A stretch of 51,855 nt of DNA from sequence record NZ_AP026977.1, one strand, 5' to 3'. The notes beneath the pieces are model-generated. The model had not been told where the DNA came from. It made no database searches and saw only the letters and a program-made list of their open reading frames with translations. Shown in pieces: positions 7,960-17,001 of this stretch; the stretch's first letter is position 1; every line of letters starts with the position of its first letter. Position numbers and translations under genes: made by a program. Source of the DNA: a plasmid.

Positions 7960-8670
7960 CTAGGGCGGTGTGAAACCGTCTGGCCACTGTGTAGTGAGGT
8001 CGTAGATGATGCGGGTGAGGTCCGTGCGGGTGAGGTTCGCGCCCCTGAGATCCGCACCGGTGAGATTCGCGCCGGTGAGGTTCGCGCCAGTGAGGTTCGC
8101 AGCACCGAGCAAGGTGTTGATGAGGTTCGCGCCGGTGAGGTCGGCATCGGTGAAATTCGAGTACGGGATGAAAGCATGGGTGAGGTTCACCGAGGCGAGG
8201 TTCGCGCGGGTGAAGTCCGCGTGGGAGAGCATCACCTCGGAGAAGTCGCCTCCCGCCAGGCAGGTCAGGCGTAGGTCCAGCTTGTCGGCGAGGGGTTCGG
8301 GACCCAGGACGCGACGTGTGATGACAGTCAGTACCGCCTGGATATCGGCGGGCATCGGTTGCAGGGGGCTCTGTGTTCGGCATTCGCCCGCGTTCGTGTG
8401 CGTGCGCAGGAACGCTGAAAGCATCGCGAAGACGGTCGGGTGATCGGCGGGGGAGTCTTTGGCGAGCCGCTCCAGCAAGTAGATACCCGACAGGCGGACA
8501 TCGACCTTGTCGGAGGCAAGTTGTTCGGCCGCCAGGCGAAAGCGGTCGGTCACCGCGGTTTGCTGCGATAGGGAATACTGGCTGTTCGTCGCGCGCAGAG
8601 ACTGCGCAGTGAACCACAGAGCACCAGCGGCGGTGAGCGTCGCACCGAGCGTGGCCACTGTCGTAGCCAT
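7960..8670 (-). CDS. pentapeptide-repeat protein with N-terminal transmembrane segment (start assumed at internal Met; ORF extends to 8802)
   Basis: C-terminal A(N/D)LTGANLTGANLTGADLRGANLTRTDL repeats. MATTVATLGATLTAAGALWF hydrophobic segment. Confidence 0.6.
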   Translation of the reverse strand: MATTVATLGATLTAAGALWFTAQSLRATNSQYSLSQQTAVTDRFRLAAEQLASDKVDVRLSGIYLLERLAKDSPADHPTVFAMLSAFLRTHTNAGECRTQSPLQPMPADIQAVLTVITRRVLGPEPLADKLDLRLTCLAGGDFSEVMLSHADFTRANLASVNLTHAFIPYSNFTDADLTGANLINTLLGAANLTGANLTGANLTGADLRGANLTRTDLTRIIYDLTTQWPDGFTPP

Positions 8671-9291
8671 TGCCGCTACTTTCGTCCACCCCGACCAATG
8701 CAGTAATCGACCAGCTCGGGATGCTCGGGGCGCGGGGGGCCTCAGCGAACGTCCCCGGCCTGCGACTAGACCGCGCCGCGATGTCGTTCCCCCCGTGCCC
8801 ATGCGTCATCTCCTTCGAAAGCGCCTGCCACTCCGATAGTCAGGATCGTGCACTCGCTTGGCCGACTCGCGAGGAGGATCCGGGTACTCACTTCGTTCCA
8901 ACGGCGTGAGATACCCCTGGCCACTATGTCCAAACTTCTTGCCCAACCGCACCAGTTGCCGGGTGTCGAGAATCGTTCGGTTTTCGGACACTCGACACCC
9001 AGCGCCAAAGGCGCGGAATACCAGCGCATCGCGTTGTCCAAGAAGCGTGTCCAGCCGCGAGGGAAGCGAGGTCGGGCCCGGGCGGGTGGTCGTAACGTCA
9101 CCGGACCCAACACATCAGCCTGAAGCGGGTGCCGAGGACGGCCTGCAGACCGTCGAGGCCCGTCGCTCTACGCGGAGCGACGGGCCTCGATGCACAGACG
9201 CGGCTGCGCTACGCGAATGGCTTGATCATCCGCGGGATGTAGCTCTGGACCGGTTGGTAGTCCTCGTCACCCGGGCGCTTCCGGAACGGAG

Positions 9292-9750
9292 TCAATCCGT
9301 GGTGGGCTGATCCCGGTATTGGCCCACGAGGTGCTGGTAGAAGCTGTTCTCTGGCGACTCCAGCGAGATGGCCCGCAGGCCGACGGTGACCTTCCGGCCG
9401 ACTACCACCGAGTATCCGTCCTGATCAATGCCGAGATCCTCGACGATCGCTGACACCAGTTCGTCCAGCTCGTCATCGGTCACATAGACGGCGAGACGGC
9501 ATTCGACTGGGACGCGCGCCGGGTCGTATGCGTCGCTCCACGCGCGCTGAGCGAACTCATCGACCGCGGTGACCGGACCGAAGCTGGTAAAGCACGGGAT
9601 ACGGTTGATCCCGCGGATCCGGTGGGTGCTCTCCTCGAGCGCCAGCGCGACCGGGTGGATTCCCTCGCCGTCGAGGGCACCGGGCCCGGTCGCGTCCGGC
9701 AACCCGAGTCCTACCGCAAACTCCCACACTTGGCGTTCGTCGTCGTCCAC
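9292..9750 (-). CDS. hypothetical acidic protein (~152 aa; GTG start inferred after RBS AGGAAGG)
   Basis: ORF downstream of, and co-oriented with, the secreted protein gene. The upstream part of the 220-aa ORF overlaps that gene out of frame. Confidence 0.35.
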   Translation of the reverse strand: MDDDERQVWEFAVGLGLPDATGPGALDGEGIHPVALALEESTHRIRGINRIPCFTSFGPVTAVDEFAQRAWSDAYDPARVPVECRLAVYVTDDELDELVSAIVEDLGIDQDGYSVVVGRKVTVGLRAISLESPENSFYQHLVGQYRDQPTTD

Positions 9751-9764
9751 GTACAACCTTCCTG

Positions 9765-10127
9765 CTATTTCTTCGATGAGCTCTCGACGCGGCAGTGCTT
9801 GACCTTCCGCCCCTTGGGTGCAGCCGCTTGTGCCTTGTTCCAGGCGTCTTTCTCGGCCGCGTCCTTGGTCTTTCCCGTTCCGGTGTACTTCTCTGGGCCG
9901 GTGGCGTCGGTCCGGTCCAGATTCTCGAAGTAGCAGGACAATGTCACGGTCCACTTGGCGGTGAGTTCGAACTGCCAGTGCGGGTGTGCCGCGTCGACGG
10001 GTTCGGCCGCAATCGTCGGTGTCTCAGCCTGTGCGATGCCGACCCCGGCTGCCGATGCGCCCGCGATGCACGCAGCCGTCAGCGCGATTGCTGTGACAAG
10101 TCGCCGCCCGGCCGAAATGGTTCGCAT
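9765..10127 (-). CDS. small secreted protein (120 aa)
   Basis: N-terminal signal-peptide-like MRTISAGRRLVTAIALTAACIAGASAAGVGIAQA. Confidence 0.5.
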   Translation of the reverse strand: MRTISAGRRLVTAIALTAACIAGASAAGVGIAQAETPTIAAEPVDAAHPHWQFELTAKWTVTLSCYFENLDRTDATGPEKYTGTGKTKDAAEKDAWNKAQAAAPKGRKVKHCRVESSSKK

Positions 10128-10596
10128 GTCGTCCCCTCCGTTGGTTTGAAGGTATCTCCTTCACTGCTCTTGGACGATGCTGCGGCACAACAGGTTCCAT
10201 CAGTGACCGGTGTCACAAGGTGATGTTCCTTGTTTGTTCTGCAGCATCTACGAGCAGCCCACCAGGCACGAAAAATCTGCCCGATACGGCCGACGTCATA
10301 CGCGCCACAATCTGCCGTAGACGAGCTATTGGGGTTCCGGTAGTAACCGCCGAAAAACCAACGGATATGCCGTGGCTGGTCGCGGGTGAGTCCTGGTTCA
10401 TCCTGCGGTGATGGCCTGTTGCTGGTTGGCTTGGCTCCCAACGCTATTGGTTGGTGCCGGAGGTCGGGTTCGTGGCAACGCGGGTGTTCGCGGATGAGGA
10501 GTTGGCGCGGCTGCGGGAGTTCCCGGAGATCGGTCGTGAGGAGTTGTTACGTCGGGGACCCGCGGTTCCGAATGGCGAGCCCGACATATGCAGAAG

Positions 10597-11241
10597 TTAG
10601 GACTTACTGCGTGCGAAAAGAATCGCTTGCTGAGCTTTCGCATCCGGGTCGAGCAGCATCTGGGCCTCGACCACGAATCCGGCATCGTGCAGCCAGGATG
10701 CCACCTGGTCAGGCTGACGGCGGTGGACATGGACCTTCATCGGGTGACCGCCGTAGCCCTCCGTCTTCAACCGCGACTCGTCGCCGACGTGAAACAGGAG
10801 TTGCAACGGTCCGCCGGGACGCAATGCTCGGTGGAAGCGTCCGAATACAGTCGGCACCTCGTCGTCTGGGATGTGGATCAACGACTGCCAGGCGAGCAGG
10901 CCGGCCACCGAAGCGACGGGCAGGTTCAGTTCCGTCATCGAGCCCACCTCGAACCGCAGGCCGGGGTGGTCGCGCCGGGCCACGTCGATCATCGCCGGGG
11001 AGAGGTCGATACCGAAGGCGTCGACACCGAGCTCATGCAGGTGGGCGGTGACTTCACCGGGGCCGCAGCCGACGTCCGCGACCGGTCCGCCGCCAGCGGT
11101 CCGCACGCTGTCGGCGAACAACGCCAGAGCCGCGCGAAGGTACTGGTGTCCGGCGAGGGCGCCGCGCACTTGGTTGGCATAGCTGACCGCGACCGTGTCA
11201 TAAGAGGTTCGGGTGTCGGCCAACCAGTCATCCGTGGTCAT
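10597..11241 (-). CDS. class I SAM-dependent methyltransferase (214 aa from internal Met)
   Basis: Motif I VADVGCGPGEVTAHL. Motif II-like DAFGIDLSPAMI. Confidence 0.65.
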   Translation of the reverse strand: MTTDDWLADTRTSYDTVAVSYANQVRGALAGHQYLRAALALFADSVRTAGGGPVADVGCGPGEVTAHLHELGVDAFGIDLSPAMIDVARRDHPGLRFEVGSMTELNLPVASVAGLLAWQSLIHIPDDEVPTVFGRFHRALRPGGPLQLLFHVGDESRLKTEGYGGHPMKVHVHRRQPDQVASWLHDAGFVVEAQMLLDPDAKAQQAILFARSKS

Positions 11242-11297
11242 GACCGGCACGATATTCCATGATCGCGGCGGACTCGGCGCTACCCGAGAACGACGAA

Positions 11298-11327
11298 GGT
11301 GCCTCCACCCGGCCGGGTGGAGGCACC
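11298..11327. promoter_or_regulatory. 30-bp perfect palindrome
   Basis: GGTGCCTCCACCCGG|CCGGGTGGAGGCACC, in the intergenic region between the methyltransferase and recombinase genes. Confidence 0.35.
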
Positions 11328-11464
11328 GGTAGGCAGGACGGCATTGCTCATTGCGCGGGCCCCGAGAGGCCTTGGCCGACTCTGTCATCCGGGGGCGTGG
11401 GCATCGGTGACTGCGCGAACGGCGGTACGCGTCTGGCCGTGACCGCTCAACGATAGCAGTGATA

Positions 11465-11491
11465 CCCCGGATAATGGCCTGTTATCCGGGG
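11465..11491. other. dif/core-type inverted repeat CCCCGGATAA-N7-TTATCCGGGG upstream of the tyrosine recombinase gene (a degenerate extra half-site lies at 11543-11557)
   Basis: Two 10-bp arms around a 7-nt spacer. Confidence 0.4.
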
Positions 11492-11578
11492 TAACATCGG
11501 AGCCGTGCTGCGGCGACCGCGCTGCCGCGCAGCACGAACCGGCCCCGTTATCCGGGGCAAGCCAGGAGAGGCGGGACG

Positions 11579-12586
11579 ATGGCGGCGAAGGTGACCCGGC
11601 TGCCCACCCCGCCGGCGCGCACTCTGCGCTCCGCGGCCGAGGCGTTCCTGGACACCATCGGATCGCCCAACACCCGCCGCGCCTACGGCATCGCGATCGT
11701 CAAGACCGTCGACGCCCTCGACGGGCCCGGCCCCGACGGACTGATCGGGCGCTCTCGCGCCCTGGACTCGGTCACCGACGCCGAGATCGGCGCGGCGCTG
11801 GAATCGCTGTGGGGCCAAGCTGCGGTCAACACATGGAACTCCCGGCGCGCCGCGGTCGGCAAATGGCTGAGCTGGTGCGCCGAACAAGGCTGGGACGCCC
11901 CGAAACTGCCCGCCTCGGCCGCACGGTCGACCCCGCCGGACTCCGAGACCCCGGTGCGCTCGCGCACCGCGATCGACCGGCTCATCGCCCGCCGCGAGGT
12001 CCATGTGCGGGAGAAGACGCTGTGGCGGATGCTGTATGAAACATGCGCTCGCGCAGAGGAACTGCTCCAGCTCAACATCGAAGACCTGGACCAGGCGAGC
12101 CGGTGCGCCCGGGTGAAGTCCAAGGGCGCCAAACCCCGCACCCGCCGTCGCGGGCCCGCCCACCACGAACACGTCCTCGAGATCGTGTACTGGGACGCGG
12201 GCACCGCCCGGCTGCTGCCCAGGCTGCTGCGCGGCCGCACCCGTGGACCGGTGTTCGTGACCCACCGCCGGCCAGGGCCCGGCAAGTACCTCGCCGACCG
12301 CGATGTCTGCCCCGATACCGGGCTGGCGCGGCTGTCCTACGACCAGGCCCGCGATCTGCTCGACGCCGCCACCGCGATCGATGGTCCCGGCACCGGCTGG
12401 GACCTGCACGAACTCCGCCATTCGGGCCTAACCCACCTCGGGGAATCCGGGGCCAGCCTGCTCGAACTGATGGCGAAATCCCGGCATCGCAAGGCCGAGA
12501 ACCTGCGCCGCTACTTCAAACCGTCACCACAGGCGATGCGCGATCTCACCGCGCTGCTCGGCCCGGGAGCCGACCGCCGACGCTGA
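11579..12586 (+). CDS. tyrosine site-specific recombinase (phage integrase / Xer family)
   Basis: C-terminal catalytic signature ...[40 protein letters not shown] (R..HxxR..Y). Confidence 0.85.
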   Translation: MAAKVTRLPTPPARTLRSAAEAFLDTIGSPNTRRAYGIAIVKTVDALDGPGPDGLIGRSRALDSVTDAEIGAALESLWGQAAVNTWNSRRAAVGKWLSWCAEQGWDAPKLPASAARSTPPDSETPVRSRTAIDRLIARREVHVREKTLWRMLYETCARAEELLQLNIEDLDQASRCARVKSKGAKPRTRRRGPAHHEHVLEIVYWDAGTARLLPRLLRGRTRGPVFVTHRRPGPGKYLADRDVCPDTGLARLSYDQARDLLDAATAIDGPGTGWDLHELRHSGLTHLGESGASLLELMAKSRHRKAENLRRYFKPSPQAMRDLTALLGPGADRRR

Positions 12587-12641
12587 GCTGCGTCGTTTCC
12601 ATATCCGTTGTTTTTTCGGCGATTGCTACCGGGACCCCCTA

Positions 12642-12669
12642 TTGCCTGATAACTACCGTTATCGGGCAA
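12642..12669. other. second related inverted repeat TTGCCTGATAAC-N5-GTTATCGGGCAA just downstream of the recombinase gene
   Basis: Shares the GATAA/TTATC core with the 11465 site. Confidence 0.35.
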
Positions 12670-12783
12670 TGCAGGTCCTCGCACCGGTTGCGGTGACTTC
12701 GACCAGTGGCGACGGTTCAGTTGACGGCCAGCACCGAGACTCTCGAGAGCGCGGAGCAGATCACCCGAATAAAGGAGCGAGGC

Positions 12784-13911
12784 TCAGCAGTTCGGCTGAA
12801 ACGGGTAGCACCCGCGCGGCGGTGCGGCTGGTGGTGGGGCCTGGACGGGTGGCGCTGGTGGGGCGGGCTCCTCGGCCACGGGTGGTGATGCAGGTTCTGC
12901 ATTGTCCTGCTGGACCGTTTCCGGGGTGCTCGTTCCCTGAGGCTCGTTGTTCGAGTCGGTGGGCAGAATCAGCCATAGGCCCAAGCAGATCGCCGCGAAT
13001 ACAGCTGCCGCCGCGATCAGTGGCCCGACCCGACCTGGCTTGTGTGGTTCTGAAACAGCGACCGGCTGTGGCGATTCGGGCTGACGGACGTCTGCGGTGT
13101 CGCCGGGAACCCGCCCGAGATCACGCGCAGCGGCCGGCCAGGGGAACGCTGCTGGAGGCTCCGACGCCGGCGGTGCCGCGGGCAGGGCTGGCCGCCGCGG
13201 GGTGGGTGGCGTCGCCTGGGGGATCTGCCGCGGCTGTGGTCGCGGGTTGTCGCGCTGTGCTGGTGGGGCTTGTGGCGGGGAGATGGGCAAGGCGCGTTCG
13301 AGAGCGGCGAGTGAGATATCTGGCGGTAGAGGGATCTGCCCACGCTGGATCTGCAGGTACCGTACTTCGATCTCGCCTTGGCGCTCGATGCGGAATCGGC
13401 CCTTGGAGTACCAGTCGTCGTAGGTGCCTTTGCCGCTGTGGTGGCGGCCGCCGCACTCGCACACGCACTCCCATACCGTGTCTGGGCGGGCGGTCTGGCA
13501 GCTGTGGCTGCACGTCGTCGTCGGTGAGACCTGTAGTCGCATCTCGATCTCGCCGTACCGCTCGGCCATCGCTGACGCCAAGGGCAGCAGGTGGTTGGCG
13601 CTGAGTTCCCAGACCTTGAGGTGACCGTGAGCAATCGGTTTGATCGGCACCCCTTTGCCCACAACCGCCCTGATCCAGGGTTTGTTCGAGGCGCCTTCGT
13701 ATGGCAGGTACATCCGTAGCGGACCGTTCGTGGCCCGCTTGCGAGCCCCACCGAGTAGTACCGTCCGCTCCAACCACGGCCCTTCTGACACCCGCGATCC
13801 CCCTTCTGCTCTCGACAGCCGCAGTAGTGATTCGCTGGCTGGACTGATCGCGGGATCCAGTGTGAACTCCGGCACCGACAACATTCCCGAGCTTTGCGCC
13901 GCATCGAACAC
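12784..13911 (-). CDS. membrane protein: N-terminal Cys/His-rich domain, one TM helix, Pro-rich tail ending in CYPFQPNC
   Basis: CSHSCQTARPDTVWECVCECGGRHH cluster. TM GPLIAAAAVFAAICLGLWLIL. C-terminal motif shared with 22543-22944. The opposite-strand ORF is Arg-rich junk. Confidence 0.5.
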   Translation of the reverse strand: MFDAAQSSGMLSVPEFTLDPAISPASESLLRLSRAEGGSRVSEGPWLERTVLLGGARKRATNGPLRMYLPYEGASNKPWIRAVVGKGVPIKPIAHGHLKVWELSANHLLPLASAMAERYGEIEMRLQVSPTTTCSHSCQTARPDTVWECVCECGGRHHSGKGTYDDWYSKGRFRIERQGEIEVRYLQIQRGQIPLPPDISLAALERALPISPPQAPPAQRDNPRPQPRQIPQATPPTPRRPALPAAPPASEPPAAFPWPAAARDLGRVPGDTADVRQPESPQPVAVSEPHKPGRVGPLIAAAAVFAAICLGLWLILPTDSNNEPQGTSTPETVQQDNAEPASPPVAEEPAPPAPPVQAPPPAAPPRGCYPFQPNC

Positions 13912-14073
13912 TTTTCGTTACGTCGAATGCTGCTGCGAGCGAGCCTGATCGGGCCGCTTCCGCGCCTGCGAAAGTGAACGGAATCGGGGGCGGCAGCCGT
14001 GACAATCGGAGGATCGGCCAGGCGCTTGCGCCAGGCCGAGGAATAGCCGACCGGGCTGTAGAGGGGCATCGGA

Positions 14074-14709
14074 ATGGGAAGAAGACGCGGTCGCCGCGGA
14101 TCGGACGTAGCGGCGTTGATGTTCATGGCCGCCGTTGCCGCGCTGGTGGTTGCACCCAAGGTCGCGGACATCGCCGCACGGCACGCCGTGGCACTCGCTT
14201 CTGTCGGGGTCTGTGTGCTGGCCGTTGCTGTCGTCGCCGCCGGGCTGGCGGCGCGGCATCGCCGTCAGGTACGTGCTCGCGATGACGCGCGGGTGTTGGC
14301 GGCGCTACGGCAGAACTCGCTGAGTCCCTCCGAGTTCGAGGAGGCGCTGGCCGCGTTGTGCCGCCGCGACGGCTGCACCGATGTCCGAGTGGTCGGCGGA
14401 TCCGGTGACCTGGGCGCCGACGTGATCGCCCGGGCACCGGACGGCCGCCGAGTCGTGCTGCAAGCCAAGCGATACCGCAACGACCGCACCGTGGGCAGCC
14501 AAGACGTGCAGCGCTTCGGCGGAACCGCGCACACCATCCACGGTGCCCACGTGGCGGCCGTGGTGACCACTGCACACGCGTTCACCCCGCAAGCACGCGC
14601 GTACGCGGCCGAGGCCAGGATCCTGCTCATGCCCGCAAAAGCGCTCGCAGCATGGGAATCACAAACCGGTCCGACTCCTTGGGACACCCTCGCAGATAAG
14701 TTGCGATAA
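14074..14709 (+). CDS. Mrr_cat-type restriction endonuclease domain protein with two N-terminal TM helices
   Basis: GGSGDLGADVIARAPDGRRVVLQAKRY...VGSQDVQRFGG...AAVVTTAHAFTPQARAYAAEARILL, typical of the Mrr catalytic core. Confidence 0.6.
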   Translation: MGRRRGRRGSDVAALMFMAAVAALVVAPKVADIAARHAVALASVGVCVLAVAVVAAGLAARHRRQVRARDDARVLAALRQNSLSPSEFEEALAALCRRDGCTDVRVVGGSGDLGADVIARAPDGRRVVLQAKRYRNDRTVGSQDVQRFGGTAHTIHGAHVAAVVTTAHAFTPQARAYAAEARILLMPAKALAAWESQTGPTPWDTLADKLR

Positions 14710-14713
14710 AATC

Positions 14714-14747
14714 TTGATACTTCGTAGATAGTTGCTACTATAGTTTT
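14714..14747 (+). promoter_or_regulatory. sigma-70/SigA-like promoter giving a leaderless transcript: TTGATA-N16-TACTAT-N6-ATG
   Basis: AT-rich stretch immediately upstream of the ATG at 14748. -35 at 14714-14719, -10 at 14736-14741. Confidence 0.4.
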
Positions 14748-15257
14748 ATGACCACCACCGAAGACGCCGTCGTCGTGTTCACCGGCAAAAGCCCCGAGCA
14801 GATCCTCAGCGAAGGCGGCTCCCAGGCCTGGAAGCTCGATCCCTCCCGCGCCAAGAAGTGCACATGGCTCGTATGCACTCAGAACGCCCACAACTACGAG
14901 GACTACGCCAAGGGCAATGAACCCCATGGCAGCGCCTTCCTCGTCGGCCGAATCTCTCGTGTCAGCCCAGCCCCCGAGGAGGATGGCCGCTGGATGATCG
15001 AGGTCAGCGAATACGCCCGCATGAGCCAGCCCAATGTGTGGACCGGCGACCGCAACCCCGTCCGCTACACCAATCTCGGTGCCCTCGGCATCAACCTCGA
15101 AGGGGTGGAGTTCCAGAAGATGGAACGCGACACCGCCGCCACGAAGCCGACCGCGCCGGCGGCATCGGCCGGGCTCACGATCGCGCAGGCCAAGGCCGGG
15201 CTCGCAGAGACCTACGGCGTGGCCGTTGATTCCATCGAAATTGTCATCCGTGGATAA
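14748..15257 (+). CDS. hypothetical protein (169 aa)
   Basis: ORF with a leaderless-type promoter. No motif assigned. Confidence 0.5.
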   Translation: MTTTEDAVVVFTGKSPEQILSEGGSQAWKLDPSRAKKCTWLVCTQNAHNYEDYAKGNEPHGSAFLVGRISRVSPAPEEDGRWMIEVSEYARMSQPNVWTGDRNPVRYTNLGALGINLEGVEFQKMERDTAATKPTAPAASAGLTIAQAKAGLAETYGVAVDSIEIVIRG

Positions 15258-15339
15258 CCGCAAAAGTCAAGACGGCGGTCACCACTCCTTGTGATGGCCG
15301 CCGTCTCATTTTCGTGTTCGAAACCGGACAATCCACAGG

Positions 15340-15900
15340 TCAGGCCGTGGCGGCGTCGGCCCGTAAGTACGCGTAGACGGTTTCACGGCTGACGCCGAAC
15401 TCCTTGGCCAGCGCGGCTTTCGACACCCCGCCGGCGGCACGGGCGCGCAGTTGGGTGGCCTGCTCGGGAGTGAGGGCGGGTTTGCGGCCGGTGTAGGCGC
15501 CGCGAGCCTTCGCCGCGGCGATGCCCTCACGCTGGCGCTCGAGGATCAGGGCACGTTCGAACTCGGCGAAGGCACCCATCACACTCAGCAGCAGGTTCGC
15601 CATCGGCGAGTCCTCCCCGGTGAAAGTCAGCGCCTCCTTCACGAACTCCACCCGAACACCCTTGCCGGTCAAGGTGCGCACCAACCGCCGCAGATCATCC
15701 AGATTGCGGGCCAGCCGATCCATGGAGTGCACGATCACGGTGTCGCCGTCGCGGACGAAGCCGATCAGCTCGTCCAGCTGCGGACGTGCGGTGTCCTTCC
15801 CGGAGGCCTTGTCGACGAAGGTGCGTTCGACCTCGATCCCGTCGAGCTGCCGGACGGTGTTCTGGTCGACCGTACTCACCCTGATATAGCCAACGCGCAT
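15340..15900 (-). CDS. serine recombinase (Tn3-family resolvase/invertase) with C-terminal HTH
   Basis: MRVGYIRVSTVDQNT... (catalytic Ser region), SMDRLARN, C-terminal HTH KEFGVSRETVYAYL. The ORF extends to 15930 with an earlier Met. Confidence 0.85.
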   Translation of the reverse strand: MRVGYIRVSTVDQNTVRQLDGIEVERTFVDKASGKDTARPQLDELIGFVRDGDTVIVHSMDRLARNLDDLRRLVRTLTGKGVRVEFVKEALTFTGEDSPMANLLLSVMGAFAEFERALILERQREGIAAAKARGAYTGRKPALTPEQATQLRARAAGGVSKAALAKEFGVSRETVYAYLRADAATA

Positions 15901-16510
15901 AACTGACTCTCCGTCCACTTGAAATGTCAAGGTGGAGTCTAAGAATCCAGCGGACGTGTGTCAAGAAATGCAGAAATGGACTCTATTCTGACGCTTTTCA
16001 GTCCGGTCTCGGCTGTGGCGCTGGGGTGTACCTCAACCTGACTATCGGTGAGCGTCCGTCGGTCTGGGGCGTGGGCCACCTCTCGTCAGCGACGTGCCCG
16101 GAACAACAACTGGCACGGCGGAGCATCACACCATCGGGCCGCGCCAACGTGATGATCGTCGTGGTACTTGCGCAGCGCGTCGGCTAGCGCTTCCAGATCG
16201 CCGCGCAGCCTGTTCCGCTCGGACAGCACTTGATGCCACTGCTGATCGATGTCCTCGCTCATCAACGACCTCCCGCAAACCTCTGCCGCCTTGGGCGCGG
16301 CGACGCTCTCGACCGCCCGATTGCTGGAGCGGTTGGCGTCCGTTGACACCACATACCAATGCTGACCTGCGGTTTTGAGTGGTATTCATTGAAAGACGAC
16401 ACGGCGTCTTGGTCGAATTACCGGTGGGCAAAGCCAGTCACAGAGTGGTCAATGGCAGTCAAAAGGTGGCATAAGTAGTCTTATCTGGCCGATGAAGAGG
16501 AGAACGCGCA

Positions 16511-16996
16511 ATGCCGCCGCGCCTGTCCAGACCAACTGACGTACCCGAGAATCACTGGCCGTTGATCGACATGTTGTGGCGGTTCTACATCGCCGCGGGC
16601 GACCCACCCATGAGAAAGATCGCCCGAGCCATTGAGGAACTGGACGACGATCAGCGGAAAGGCACGGCCAACCACGAGACGATCCGTCGCACGTTGGGTG
16701 CGATAGCCCTCCCGCAGTGGGAGACCGTAGAGGTGATCTTCTTGGCCTTGTGTCAGATCGCCAACGTCGATCCGGATGACATCGAACCCGACGACGGCAA
16801 CTCCAGCTTCGGTGGGTGGGAGCCCACCCGGTCCCATCGTGATGAGCTTCATTGGTGCTACCGCATGGCCAGATACGGATCGGTGACCGCACTGCCACGG
16901 ACGCGAGACCAGAAGGCTCAGCAGGAAGCAGCAGAAGCCGCGCGATCACGCCAGCTCGCCTCGATGAGCGGATCTGACGACGAACCGCCGTTCTGA
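16511..16996 (+). CDS. hypothetical protein (161 aa)
   Basis: Good RBS GAGGAG 7 nt before the ATG, low-GC upstream region. Confidence 0.5.
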   Translation: MPPRLSRPTDVPENHWPLIDMLWRFYIAAGDPPMRKIARAIEELDDDQRKGTANHETIRRTLGAIALPQWETVEVIFLALCQIANVDPDDIEPDDGNSSFGGWEPTRSHRDELHWCYRMARYGSVTALPRTRDQKAQQEAAEAARSRQLASMSGSDDEPPF

Positions 16997-17001
16997 TCGG
17001 C

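Noticed and set aside
8766-9123. Overlapping ORFs 8766-9113 (-), 8848-9123 (+) and 8858-9310 (+)
   Set aside because: No RBS, motif or composition signal favours any of them, so strand and frame could not be decided. Left unannotated.
11447-12421. 324-aa ORF antisense to the tyrosine recombinase
   Set aside because: The recombinase frame has the complete catalytic signature. The antisense ORF is low-complexity.
12642-13604. 320-aa + strand ORF overlapping the 375-aa membrane protein gene
   Set aside because: Arg-rich junk composition. The - strand frame has coherent domain structure (TM helix, Pro-rich tail, shared C-terminal motif).
16086-16262. Possible 57-aa coiled-coil ORF (MSEDIDQQWHQVLSERNRLRGDLEALADALRKYHDDHH...)
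   Set aside because: Very short, no RBS, overlaps other spurious frames. Could be a small antitoxin-like gene but evidence is insufficient.
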